Source: Trueperaceae bacterium | Lineage (GTDB): Bacteria > Deinococcota > Deinococci > Deinococcales > Trueperaceae | DNA: 64,000 nucleotides | Direction of reading: 5' to 3' | Assembly (NCBI GenBank): GCA_034521815.1 | Contig: JAXHLW010000013.1 | Coordinates: 576,001-640,000, forward strand | In this document: one piece after another, positions 36,829 to 47,468 of the stretch | Layout of the letters: every line of letters begins with the position of its first letter | Position numbering within the stretch: the stretch's first letter is position 1 | Position numbers and translations under genes: made by a program | Notes under the pieces: model-generated | Told to the model about the DNA's origin: nothing | Seen by the model: only the letters and a program-made list of their open reading frames with translations | Database searches by the model: none

Positions 36829-38224
36829 ATGAGCGACCCAGGTCCGGAGGACCGCAGCGACGATCGCACCGTCGATGGCACGGACGAGCGGCAGGCGGGG
36901 GAGAGCGCGACCGGCTCCCCCTCGCCCTCCTCGCCCCGCTCCGGCTTCGCGACGCGTCAGCTCCACGCGGGACAGCGGCCCGACCCCGCGACGGGCGCGC
37001 GGGCGGTCCCGATCTACGCGACCAGCTCGTACCAGTTCGACTCGGCCGCGCACGCCCAGGCGGTGTTCGACGGCAGCGCGGACGGCAACCGCTACGCCCG
37101 CGCCGACAACCCCACCACCCAGGTCCTGGCCGACCGGATCGCCAGCCTGGAGGGGCGGCCGCCCGGCTCCGGCGTCGCGCTGTCCAGCGGTCAGGCCGCG
37201 ACGACCACGATCATGCTGGCGCTGGCCTCGCCCGGCCGCGAGTGGCTGGTCACCGACCAGCTGTTCGGCGGCACCGGCTCGGTCGCGGCGAAGGTGCTGG
37301 AGCCGTTCGGGGTGCGCGTCCGCAGCGTCCCGCCCGAGGCGGACGCCGTCCGCGCGGCCGCGGGACCCGACACGATCGGCGTCTGGGTCGAGACGATCGC
37401 CAATCCATCCGGACACGTGCCCGACCTGCCCGCCCTGGCGGACGCCGCCCACGCGGCCGGCGCGCCGCTGGTGGTGGACAACACCTGGGGCTGCGGCGGG
37501 TACCTGTGCAGACCCCTCGAACAGGGTGCCGACATCGTGATGCACTCCGCCACGAAGTGGATCGGCGGGCACGGCGTCGCGATCGGCGGCGCGATCGTGG
37601 ACGGCGGGAGCGTTCGACTGGGGCCGGGAGCCGGAGCGGTATCCCGGCTTCTCGCGCCGCAACGTGCGTGGCCGCACGGTGCTCGAGGAGGCGCCAGGCG
37701 CGCCCCTGGCGGCCCGTTCGATCGACCTGGGCCTGATGACGATGGGCATGACGCTGGGGCCTCACGCGGCGTTCCTGATGCTGCAAGGCCTCGAGACGCT
37801 GGACCTGCGGGTCCAGCGGGCGTGCGACACGGCGCTGGACCTCGCGCGGCGGCTGCAGGACGTCACGGGCGTCGACGCCGTCGTCTATCCGGGCTTGCCG
37901 GAGCACCCCTCGCACGCGGTCGCGCAGCGCGTCCTCCAGAACGGCTTCGGCTCGGTCCTGGGACTCCGCTTCGAGTCGGAGGCCGTGGCCCGCGGCACGC
38001 TGGACCGGCTGCAGCTGATCAGCCACCTGGCCAACATCGGCGACGCCAAGACCGTCGCGATCCACCCCTGGACGACGACCCATTCGTCCCTTCGTGAGCC
38101 TGCGCGCCTGGCCGCGGGCGTCACGCCCGACCTGGTGCGGCTCTCCGTCGGGCTGGAGGACCCCGCCGACCTGCTGCACGACCTGACGCAGGCGATCCGT
38201 GGCGCGCGAGGGGAGGACCGGTGA
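36829..38224 (+). CDS. Second Cys/Met metabolism PLP enzyme (MetY/MetZ-like paralogue; frameshift near 37620-37660)
   Basis: FATRQLHAG, VPIYATSS, HSATKWIGGHG; LANIGDAKTVAIHPWTTTH and VRLSVGLED in the next frame. Confidence 0.88.
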
Positions 38225-39586
38225 AGGACCGGCGCGACCGCAGCGACACGCCGGACGGTGCGGATCCGGACGGTCTCCGTGGCGCGGCGTCCGGTCGTCC
38301 GCTGCACCTGGTCCACGAGACGTGGGGCGACCACGAGGCGTTGCTGGCGCGCACGCGGTCCGACCCCAGCGGCCGGGTGGGGCGCGTCGACACGCACGTC
38401 ATGGACGTCGCCGGTCCGAACGATCCGCTGCCGCTGGAGCGGGGCGGCGAGATCCAGCCCGTCGCGCTGGCGTACGAGACGTACGGCGAGCTGAACGCGC
38501 GCGGCGACAACGCCATCCTGATCTGTCACGCCCTCACCGGCAGCGCGCACGCGGCGGGGGTTCACGCCCGGGAAGAGGTGCCCGGCTGGTGGGATCCGCT
38601 GATCGGGCCGGGCAAGCCGATCGACACGAACCGCTGGCACGTGATCAGCGCCAACGTGTTCGGCGGTTGTTACGGCTCGACGGGACCGTCGTCGCTGGAT
38701 CCGCGAACCGGCCGGCCGTACGGCCCGTCGTTCCCGCGCTTCACGGTGCGCGACATGGTGCGCGCCCAGAAGCGGCTGGTCGACCGGCTGGGCGTGACGC
38801 GCCTGGCGGCGGTGATCGGCGGCTCGATGGGCGGCATGCAGGCGCTCGAGTGGGGCGCCATGCACCCAGAGATGGTCGGCGCCATCGCGCCGATCGCGAT
38901 CGGGGCGCGCCACTCGGCCTGGGCGATCGGCCTGAACGAGGTCGCCCGGCGCGCCATCACCGCCGATCCCGCCTGGCAGGGGGGACGCTACCGTCCAGAC
39001 CGCCAGCCGGAGAGCGGCCTGGGCCTGGCGCGCGCCATCGCGATGCTGTCGTACCGCAGCTTCGACTCGCTCGAAGCGAAGTTCGGGCGGGAGCGGGTGC
39101 GGGCCGCCGAGGCGGAAGGCGCCAGCGGGGCCACGGGCGCTGCCTCGGACGACGCAGGCGACGCTGCCGACGCTGCCGACGGCGCCGAGCCTTCCGACGC
39201 CGGCGAGGCCCGCAGCGACGTGCTGGGCCGCATGCTCTCCGTCGGGTTCGAGATCGAGAGCTACCTGTCGTACCAGGGCGTGAAGCTGTCCAAGCGCTTC
39301 GACGCGAACACCTACCTGTACATCACGCGCGCCATGGACGATCACGACCTGGCCGAGGGCGCGGTCGCCTGGCGGACGGTGCTGCAGCGCGATGACGATG
39401 CCGGCCCTGGTGCTGGGGATCGACTCGGACGTGCTGTACCCCGAGCGGGAGCAGCGCGAGCTGGTCGAGCATCTGCCCAACGCCCGCTACGAGACGCTGC
39501 GCAGCCCGCACGGGCACGACGCGTTCCTGATCGAGTTCCCGCAGATGGCGGCGCAGCTGCGGCGGTTCCTGAACGAGGTGGGGTAG
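38221..39586 (+). CDS. metX: Homoserine O-acetyltransferase (frameshift near 39360-39390)
   Basis: LAYETYGELN, ICHALTG, GWWDPLIGPGK, GGSMGGMQALEW, RFDANTYL; C-terminal GIDSDVLYP...SPHGHDAFLIE. Confidence 0.93.
39529..39577 (+). repeat. Direct repeat copy 1 (metX 3' end); partner at 48589-48637
   Basis: GATCGAGTTCCCGCAGATGGCGGCGCAGCTGCGGCGGTTCCTGAACGAG; 41/49 identical to copy 2 by hand alignment. Confidence 0.8.
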
Positions 39587-39865
39587 CGGGGTCCGGCGAC
39601 CGCCTGCTGGCTGCGTCGCCGCCATCCGATCGGCGCCACGCGCCGCGTTCGGCGGCCGCGGTGCGGCGGGCGTCGGGCGGCTTCGTGCCGCCCTGATCGA
39701 CGATTCTCCGAGGTTCCCCCACCATGGGGTGGCCTAGGCGTACCTGTGTGTGAATTCTGGGAGTACGTACCGTCTACCCTCGGTACGATGACGACCCGGA
39801 AGGCCTGGGCGATTCGCCAGGCGACGCTGCACCAGACGGGGACGCACCAGGAGAGGAACGCGACG

Positions 39866-40348
39866 ATGCGCCGACAAGGGTTCACCCTCCTCGAGCTGCT
39901 GATCCTTCTCGCGGTCCTCGCGATCGTGTTCGCGATCGCTGCGCTGGACGTGCGTCCCCTGAACAACGAGGCGCGCAACGCAGCGAACGAGGTCGCCTCG
40001 GCGGTCCGCCTGACCCGCGCACGCGCCATGGCCACGACCTCCGCGCACCGGTTGGTGCTGGCCAGCGGCGCCGAGCTGCGTATGGAGGCCGCCGTCGCCT
40101 GCGACGACGCCAGCGGCTGGACGGACGAGACGAGGTTCGCGACGACCCTGTCCGGCACCGCCGAGATCGCGGAGCTCTCGGACACGGGCCTCCCCGCCGA
40201 CTACGCCCCTGCCGCTGCTGGCGACGTGCTGCTCTGCTTCGATCCGCGCGGCCTGGCCGACGCCAGCCCGACCGTCAAGATCGAAGACGGCCGCGGCCGC
40301 ATCGCGGAGGTCGACGTGTACGCGGGAGGCGGGGTGGAGCTGCGATGA
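39866..40348 (+). CDS. Cassette 2 FimT/FimU-like minor pilin
   Basis: MRRQG|FTLLELLILLAVLAIVFAIA...RLTRARAMATTSAHR...LCFDPRG...VYAGGGVELR. Confidence 0.85.
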   Translation: MRRQGFTLLELLILLAVLAIVFAIAALDVRPLNNEARNAANEVASAVRLTRARAMATTSAHRLVLASGAELRMEAAVACDDASGWTDETRFATTLSGTAEIAELSDTGLPADYAPAAAGDVLLCFDPRGLADASPTVKIEDGRGRIAEVDVYAGGGVELR

Positions 40349-40774
40349 CGCGCTTGCCGATGGTTCGCACGCCCGGCGCGAGCCGGGAGGGGCTGACCCT
40401 GGTCGAGGCGCTGATCGCCGTCTCGATCCTCACGATCCTGCTGGCGGCCGTCATCCCCGCCTTCACCGATGCGCTCAGGATCAACACCCGCAGCGAGGTG
40501 CGTTCCCAGGCGGTCGCCGCCGCGCAGACGGTGCTGGACTCGCTGCGAGCCGTGCCGCCCTCGGAGTGGCCGGCCTACGCCGGCGGGCGACCCTCCCGTT
40601 CAGCAGGTCGAGGTCGGCGGCCGCACCTTCGACGTGACCGTCGGCTACCAGGAGTACTGCGACGCAGACGGCGACTGTTTCGACAACGCTCGTGAGATCG
40701 ATCTGGAGGTGAGCTTCCGTGACGAGGTCCGCTACAGCGTGTCCACCGTCTACACGGAGCTCCGGGCTCCCTAG
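40345..40774 (+). CDS. Cassette 2 PilV-like minor pilin (frameshift near 40590)
   Basis: REG|LTLVEALIAVSIL...NTRSEVRSQAVAAAQTVLDSLR; C-terminus FDVTVGYQEYC...YSVSTVYTELR. Confidence 0.8.
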
Positions 40775-41708
40775 CCGGGCGCGTCCGAGCCGCTCGCCGT
40801 CACACCGGGCGGGCTTCACGCTGATCGAGGCGCTCGTCGCGCTCGCCGTCGCCGGGATCCTGTTGGCGTTGGTGCTTCCCCTGGTGCTGAGTCAGCGCCG
40901 CGTCGTGCAGCTCGATCAGGCCCGGACCAGCGCGAATCAGACGCTGCGGGCCGTCAGCCAGCTTCTGGCGGCCGACGTCCGCATCGCGGGCGAGCGGTTC
41001 GGCGAAGGTCTGGCGCTCAGCCCCATCGCCGTGTCCGTCGACGGCTCGGGCGACTCCGTCGTCGTGCTCAGGCGCAACCTCGAGGACGCCCTCCCGGTGT
41101 GCCAGAGCGTGCCCGCCGGATCGACCGTCACCTCGATCGTGGTGGCGGACTGGGGTCCTACCGTGGCCCACCCGCAGTGCTCCGTGAACCGCACGGCTTC
41201 GTTCGGCGGCGTCGACTGGCCGTACACGCTGGACGCGCACCGGCGCATCGCAGCCGCCCAAGGCGGCGTGGTGTCCGCGTACATCTTCGACCCTGCGAGC
41301 CGCACCGGCCAGTGGTTCTCCATGCGGATCGACGGCGCGCAAGGCAGCCCGCCGGACGAGGTTCGGTGCGATGACGGCTGCGTCTGGGCCACCGACTACG
41401 AGCCCGCGGCGAACGCGTATATCGCGCTTCTCGACGCGATCGAGTACCGGCTGGTGGACGGCGTTCTCCAGCGGCGCGACCTCGCGACCGGCGAGGTGTT
41501 GCGGATCGCGTCCGGCCTCGAAGCGTTCGAGGTGACCGTGTCCGTCGCGGGCGAGGCCACGCCGAGAACGACGTTCGCCGACACGGGCGCATGGCGCTCG
41601 ATCACCTCGCTGAACCTCGACGTCGTGGTCGAGCGACGCGAGGGCGGAAGCCTGGCCGAGCGAAGCCTTCAGACGCGCCTCTTCCCCCGGAACCTGCTAT
41701 CGAGGTGA
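40771..41708 (+). CDS. Cassette 2 PilW-like minor pilin (start codon unclear)
   Basis: HRAG|FTLIEALVALAVAGILL...NQTLRAVSQLLAADVRIAGE...LFPRNLLSR. Confidence 0.82.
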
Positions 41709-41712
41709 TGCC

Positions 41713-43674
41713 ATGAGTGGACCCCGCCGACATCCGAACGTCCGCCGCCGCGACGGCTTCGCGCTGGTGAGCGTCCTGTTCATGGCGCTGTTCCTGGTCG
41801 GGCTGCTGTACGTGATGTTCGAGCTGACGAATCGTGAGCTGAAGTCGGCTTCGACCGACGCGGCCATGACCAGCGGCTTCTTCGCCGCCGAGGCGGGTCT
41901 GAACGTCCGCGGCGAGGAGATCCGCCGCGAGTTCGAAGGCTACCGGCGCCCCGAGGGGGCCACGTCGACCGACGGGTGCGAAAGCGACGACGGCAGCGGC
42001 GACTTCGCCTGCCGCACGACCGAGGTCAATCAGCGGACCGTGACCACCTACGTGGACGAGGATCCTCGCAACAACGCCACCAGCGACGACGAGCGCCTGA
42101 TCACCATCCCGCCCGGCGAGGTGTACGCCGGGCTCAACGCCATCGAGTACCGCTACTCGGTGTTCTCCGAGGCGGTCCCGCCCAACGACACGCGCCCCGA
42201 GGCGATCCTCGAGATGGTGTTCCGCACGCGGCTGGTGCCGATGTTCCAGTTCGCCGCCTTCTACGACAAGGACCTCGAGATCCTGCCCGGTCCGGACATG
42301 ACGCTGGACGGGCGGGTGCACTCCAACGGCGAGCTGTACCTCGATTCGGACGGCAACACGCTGAGCATCTCCGGTCAGGTGACGACGGCCGGAGGCATCC
42401 ACCGCGGACGCAAGAACCAGAGCGTGTGCGACGGCGAGGTGGTCCTTCCCGACGGGACGGCGGGCGGACGGGCCGTCGACTGCACCGATCCGGACGTGCC
42501 GGCCTCGAGCTTCGACGCCCTCCCGGACGACTACTTCGACGACTTCGCGGGACAGGTGAGTACCCGCCTCGAGCCGCTCACCGTGCCGGAACCCGAAGAG
42601 TTCGACCTGGGCGGGGCCTACTACGAAGAGGCCGACGTGAGGATCGCGCTGGACCTGACCGGCGCCACCCCGCGCCCCGTGGTGTTGATGCCCCAGCTGG
42701 CCGCCGGCGGCGCGCCCCAGGTCGACGAGAGCCTCACCGCGACGCTGAACGGCTGCCTTGCGACCGACGTGACCGACCCGGACGATCGACCGTACGCTGA
42801 CGGATCGTTGCCGGACTACGAGACCGTCTTCGACGACGGCAACGGGGTCGACGAGGTTCGCGCCGTCGAGTACTCGCGCTCGTTCTACGACAACCGCGAG
42901 GGTGCGACCCTGAGCGTCCTCGAGATCGACGTGCAGGGCGTGCTGGACTGCCTGGACGCCCACGCCGGCTTCGGTGCGGGGCAGTTCTTCAAGGAGCGGG
43001 ACGAGGAGTTCCACGGGATCGATACCGACCGCAACGGTGGCCTGGTCTGGTACCTCACGGTGCTGGGACCGGACGCCGACGACGCCGGCTCGAACTACGC
43101 GGTGCGCGTGCGCAACGGCGCGACCCTGGCGTCCAGCGATCCGGACGCGCCCGAGATCGCTGGCCTCACGGTCACGTCGGACCAACCGGCGTTCGTCGCC
43201 GGGGACTACAACCTGGACGCCGACTGGCGGCCCGCCTCGTTCATCACCGACACGGTCAACGTCCTGTCCGACGCCTGGGGCGATGCATGGAACGACGCCG
43301 ACTCGACCTCCTGGAGTGCGCGGGACGCGCAGACGACCGAGGTGAACGCCGCGTTCCTGTCCGGAACCGACGTCACCGGCGGCGCCGACGGCACGGGAGG
43401 CCAGGGAGGCGCGTACAACGGCGGCCTCGAGAACTACCCGCGCTTCCACGAGAACTGGAGCGGGCGCACCTTCCGCTACCGCGGCTCGTTCGTCAGCCTG
43501 GGCGAGCCGAAGCACGCCGAGGGCGCCTGGAGCTACGGCAATCCCGTCTATACCGCCCCGAACCGCGACTGGGACTACGACGCGCGCTTCAACCAGGCGC
43601 AGAACCTGCCGCCGCTCAGCCCGCGTTTCGTGTACCTGGTCCAGGAGCGCTTCATTCGCGACTTCGAGCGTTGA
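41713..43674 (+). CDS. Cassette 2 PilX-like large minor pilin/tip protein
   Basis: RRDG|FALVSVL (no Glu5), FFAAEAGLN; FQFAAFYDKDLEILPG, GRVHSNGELYL; C-terminal YNGGLENYPRFHENW...YTAPNRDWDYD. Confidence 0.82.
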   Translation: MSGPRRHPNVRRRDGFALVSVLFMALFLVGLLYVMFELTNRELKSASTDAAMTSGFFAAEAGLNVRGEEIRREFEGYRRPEGATSTDGCESDDGSGDFACRTTEVNQRTVTTYVDEDPRNNATSDDERLITIPPGEVYAGLNAIEYRYSVFSEAVPPNDTRPEAILEMVFRTRLVPMFQFAAFYDKDLEILPGPDMTLDGRVHSNGELYLDSDGNTLSISGQVTTAGGIHRGRKNQSVCDGEVVLPDGTAGGRAVDCTDPDVPASSFDALPDDYFDDFAGQVSTRLEPLTVPEPEEFDLGGAYYEEADVRIALDLTGATPRPVVLMPQLAAGGAPQVDESLTATLNGCLATDVTDPDDRPYADGSLPDYETVFDDGNGVDEVRAVEYSRSFYDNREGATLSVLEIDVQGVLDCLDAHAGFGAGQFFKERDEEFHGIDTDRNGGLVWYLTVLGPDADDAGSNYAVRVRNGATLASSDPDAPEIAGLTVTSDQPAFVAGDYNLDADWRPASFITDTVNVLSDAWGDAWNDADSTSWSARDAQTTEVNAAFLSGTDVTGGADGTGGQGGAYNGGLENYPRFHENWSGRTFRYRGSFVSLGEPKHAEGAWSYGNPVYTAPNRDWDYDARFNQAQNLPPLSPRFVYLVQERFIRDFER

Positions 43675-43719
43675 GGACGGTCCGAACCGGGACGGGAACG
43701 CCGGTCCTTCGCATCGGCT

Positions 43720-44099
43720 CGCTGGACTGTCGCAGATCCTCGGTGATGACCAGGTCCGTCCGACATCGCGTCGACCGACGGACGCGTGCGAGCCCGTCGT
43801 GCCGTGCCTTTTCGACCAGGCAAGCGTCGAGTTGCGCGTTGCACGCGCCGCGATGCAGCGTCCGATCGACGACGTCGTCGACGCTGCTGAACATTCGGAC
43901 CTGGAACAGTCTTCCAAGCTTGAGTCGACCGTCGCTTACGCTCGAAGGTTCGTCTCCGCTTCGATCGCGCGACATGCGACTCGGTACTGCAGGACCGTCG
44001 ACTGTCGCTCCGATGCGCGTCGAGCGACCAGAGTAGCTCGAAGGAGCGGCCACCGAGCGCAGCGCTGAAGCGCACGTTTGCGTCGAGAAATGCCCTCCA
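43720..44099 (-). pseudogene. Degenerate PIN-domain (VapC-like) toxin
   Basis: N-terminal AFLDANVRFSAAL follows the antitoxin in frame; remainder scrambled; a PIN-like C-terminal motif (TDLVITEDLR) lies in another frame. Confidence 0.5.
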
Positions 44100-44360
44100 G
44101 CGGCTCCATGCGGAGCGTGCGCGCTCGAGTTCCTCCTCGGACATCGACGACGTCCGTTCGAACTCCGCAATGCGGTCGTCGTCGTACAGTTCGATCGCGA
44201 CGACTTCGACAGGTTCGAGCACGATCCGACCGTCGTCGATGCGCACGCGGAACGCGTCGCCGGCTCGTAGCCCGAGTGACCGCCGGAGATCTGCCGGAAG
44301 GGTCACCTGGCCGCGAGGCGAAAGCTGGACGAGAGGCTCGACGGAACTCATACGATTCAT
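44098..44360 (-). CDS. AbrB/MazE/SpoVT-family antitoxin (no stop before the PIN remnant)
   Basis: LVQLSPRGQVTLPADLRRSLGLRAGDAFRVRIDDGRIVLEP; palindrome TCCGCAATACGGA upstream. Confidence 0.82.
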
Positions 44361-44493
44361 GATAGTGGACTTTCCGCAATACGGAGGTCACGTGCCTGTT
44401 GTCAATGCACGACGACGCCGGTCAGCCGCGATTCGGAAGCCGCCGGCTTTCCCGTCGCTGACGAGAGTTGATCACGCAGCTCGGCCTGAGCGC

Positions 44494-46356
44494 TCAGTAC
44501 ACCTGCTCGCGATGCCCGAACGTGAACACCTGCGTGTCCGACACCCCTTCCCGGCCGACGGTCGGGAAGTAGGGGGGCGCGACGCCGCGCGCCATGCGCG
44601 GGTCGAACGTGAACCGGCGGGCGTAGCCGGTCTGGACGTCGCCGGTGCTTCCCGAGAACGTGCCGAACGCGCCGTAGCGCTGTTGGATGATGCCGCCCAG
44701 CAGCTCGACCGCGCCGCGGGGCGAGCCGAAGGCGCTGTTCTCGACCTCGACCACGCCGTTCGCGGCGAGGATCGAGGCGTGGATCCGGACGTCGTCGGGA
44801 GCGCGACGATCGGCGGACGACGCGTGGTTCCCGATGATCACGTCGCCGTCCGGCGCGAAGATCCCCAGCATGTTGCGCACGTCCAGGTTCGAGCAGTCGG
44901 CCTGGACGATGTCGTTCCCTTCGCCGTGCAGACTTCCTTCGCACGGAGGCGACTCGTACGTGAGGTCGCCGGTGATGCGCGCGCCCTCCTGGGGAACGAT
45001 CGTGAGCTGGGCGAACGACGCCACGGCAGGCGGGGCGGTGTCCGGATCGCCGGCCACGGCGCGGCCTGGGCCCCCGAGGCGCTCGATGTACTCGTCGGCG
45101 TAGATCACGCCGTTGAACTCGCTCGTGACCAGCGACCAGGCGTCGTCCACGTGACGCTCCAGCCGTCCTTCGGGCGAGATCCGGTACGTCTCGGCCTCGC
45201 CGACCAGGGGCGTGGCGCGGACGTACTGGAACGTCGCCTCCTGGTCCGCCGCGACCGGATCGCCGTCATCATTGCCTGCGAACAGCTCCAGGCGGTCCAG
45301 ATCGTCCGTGAAGCGCAGGCCGTTTTCCGTGGCCAGCGCGCGTTGGTCGTGCGCGTTGTCGGGCAGGTCGATGTGGGCCGCGCGCCAATCGACGCCGCCG
45401 GCGAACACCGGTCTGGTCCAGTAACCAGCCGTGTCCAACACCGGGTGGTTGCCGCCGGTGGCGAGGCCGTCTGGACCGAAGAACCGCGGCGTGCCGCCGC
45501 CGTACCCGTACGCGCCCTGACCGCCCGCGCCGGACCCACCGGCGCTGCTCACCGCGCCACCGAACCACGGGGCGCCGAAGAAGCTGAAGGTCCCGTTCGT
45601 GTGGACGGGACCGTCGAACAGGGTGTCGCTCGTGAACCAGATCCGCTCCGAGGTCGCGTCGCTGACGTGCTCGTCGGTGAACAGGGCGTACCGCGCGAAG
45701 CTGCGGCGACCCACCACGAACTGGTACTCGCCCTGCGTCACGACGCGCCGGCGATACGCTCCTTGCACGCCTTCCGCGACCAGGACGAACGGCAGCGCGT
45801 AGCGCTGGTTGCCGCCCAGCTCACGCCGCGCGCCGGTCATGAAGTACGGGGAGCCAAGGCGGGCGTCGCCGGGGACCGCCTGGCCGCAGGCGTCGCCGGC
45901 GATGTGGATCCGAACGATCGCCTCGACGCCCTGACCCAGGTCCAGCGGCGCGCCGCACAGCACGGCGTCGATCTCGGCTTGCAGGGCGGACGCCACGGCC
46001 CGCAGGTCGGTCGCGACGGTCTGCGGCGTAGGCCGATTGGCGTCGATGGCGGACGTTCCGAACGACCAGGCCGAAGTGGTGCTGGAGTGGGCGCTGGCGA
46101 TCCGGTCCAGCGCGATCCGAACGTCGTTCTGCAGCAGGGTGACGCCCAGGTTCGCGCCGCCGTGCGCGACGAGGAGCGTCTGGACGATGGCCGTGTCGTC
46201 GCGGCCGTGTCGCAGGTCGTCCATGGTCCGCATGAACATCAGCGCCATGACGGCCGTCGCGATGACCATGAGCGCCAGCGCGGTGACGAGCGCGACACCG
46301 CCGGTGCGGCGGCTGGGCGCAGGCACGCGGAGGCGGCCACGCTTCGGCGTCATCAC
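44494..46356 (-). CDS. Cassette 3 PilX-like large minor pilin (DUF4900/ComZ-type)
   Basis: TGG|VALVTALALMVIA (no Glu5); SFARYALFTD...IWFTSDTLFDGPVHTNG; LLGGIIQQRYGAFG...FTFDPRM...PPYFP. Confidence 0.82.
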   Translation of the reverse strand: MMTPKRGRLRVPAPSRRTGGVALVTALALMVIATAVMALMFMRTMDDLRHGRDDTAIVQTLLVAHGGANLGVTLLQNDVRIALDRIASAHSSTTSAWSFGTSAIDANRPTPQTVATDLRAVASALQAEIDAVLCGAPLDLGQGVEAIVRIHIAGDACGQAVPGDARLGSPYFMTGARRELGGNQRYALPFVLVAEGVQGAYRRRVVTQGEYQFVVGRRSFARYALFTDEHVSDATSERIWFTSDTLFDGPVHTNGTFSFFGAPWFGGAVSSAGGSGAGGQGAYGYGGGTPRFFGPDGLATGGNHPVLDTAGYWTRPVFAGGVDWRAAHIDLPDNAHDQRALATENGLRFTDDLDRLELFAGNDDGDPVAADQEATFQYVRATPLVGEAETYRISPEGRLERHVDDAWSLVTSEFNGVIYADEYIERLGGPGRAVAGDPDTAPPAVASFAQLTIVPQEGARITGDLTYESPPCEGSLHGEGNDIVQADCSNLDVRNMLGIFAPDGDVIIGNHASSADRRAPDDVRIHASILAANGVVEVENSAFGSPRGAVELLGGIIQQRYGAFGTFSGSTGDVQTGYARRFTFDPRMARGVAPPYFPTVGREGVSDTQVFTFGHREQVY

Positions 46357-47468
46357 AGGGCTCCCACCGGCCCGCGTCCGGGCTGGTCGTCGTCGTCCTC
46401 GTCGTCATCGTCGTCTCCGGCGCCGCCTCCGCCGTTTCCGGGCTCCTTGGGCTCCTTGGGCTCCTCAGGCTCGTCGGGCTCGTCACCAGGATCGTCGGGA
46501 TCGGCCGGCGGATCGGTCGGGTCGTCCGGCGGACCGCCGCGACCGCCCCTGCTCGGGTCGTCGTCGCACATCTGCGGGCTGGACAAGCGGAAGTCGTTGC
46601 CTTGGCCCCGCATCTCGACGTGGCTGACGTACGTGCGCTGGCCTCGGCCCTCGGACGCCTCCGTGCCCAGCGTCAGCTGAAGACGGACGAGCTCGTACGT
46701 CGAGCCGCCCTCGTCGTACGTCGTCAGCAGCCGGTCGCGGGCGTCGCGCCGAGGCGTGTCCAGGACGACCGTGTCGCCACCGGACGCGTACTCGTACCGG
46801 AACACCACCTCCGTCATGTCGAACGCGATCGGCGTCTCGACGATGTCCCTCTCGCCTGCGTCGAACTCGACCTGGTACAGCGTTCGATCATCGGAATCGT
46901 AGCGGATGCCCACCGCGCGGAGCCGGTACAGGCGGGTGTGATCGACGTAGGGAATCGAGATCTTGCAGCCGTTGTGGTTCAGTCGGTCGCCTGCCGGCGC
47001 GCCCGTGATCACCGGGATCACGAGCGCTTGATCGTCACCGTTCACCATCACGGCGGGATGCCCGACGAACGAGTCGAGCTGGTCCGGATCGGACGTGGAC
47101 ACGAAGGTGTTGTTCGCCGCCCCCCAGCTCACGCCAGGGCGGTTCTCGACGGTGAGCCCGCGATCTCCCAAGAGAAGCCCGAACGAGATCGAGTCGCCGT
47201 CGGACCTCACGGGGAAGTCCGCGATCGCCCCCATCACCGCGCCGCGCAGCTCCTGCGTCTGGACCTCGACGATGCGGCGCAGCTTCGCTTGCGAGCTGGT
47301 GGCCTCCTCGACCACGCGGTTCACGCGCAGGGCCGTGACGATGCCGCTGCTGGTGATGAGCAGCACCACCGCGAACACGGTCATGGCGATGAGCATCTCG
47401 ACCAGCGTCATGCCCGCGTTCGTCATGCGCCCTGCCGTCATGCCTGCCGTACGGCGCCTGGGGGTCAT
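46353..47468 (-). CDS. Cassette 3 PilW-like minor pilin with D/E/P-rich tail
   Basis: NAG|MTLVEMLIAMTVFAVVLL...QAKLRRIVEVQTQELRGAV; tail PDDPTDPPADPDDPGDEPDEPEEP...DDDDDEDDDD. Confidence 0.83.
   Translation of the reverse strand: MTPRRRTAGMTAGRMTNAGMTLVEMLIAMTVFAVVLLITSSGIVTALRVNRVVEEATSSQAKLRRIVEVQTQELRGAVMGAIADFPVRSDGDSISFGLLLGDRGLTVENRPGVSWGAANNTFVSTSDPDQLDSFVGHPAVMVNGDDQALVIPVITGAPAGDRLNHNGCKISIPYVDHTRLYRLRAVGIRYDSDDRTLYQVEFDAGERDIVETPIAFDMTEVVFRYEYASGGDTVVLDTPRRDARDRLLTTYDEGGSTYELVRLQLTLGTEASEGRGQRTYVSHVEMRGQGNDFRLSSPQMCDDDPSRGGRGGPPDDPTDPPADPDDPGDEPDEPEEPKEPKEPGNGGGGAGDDDDDEDDDDQPGRGPVGAL

Noticed and set aside
39700-39865. c-di-GMP-type riboswitch upstream of the pilin cassettes (also checked 48382-48560)
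   Set aside because: No recognisable class I or class II aptamer core by eye.
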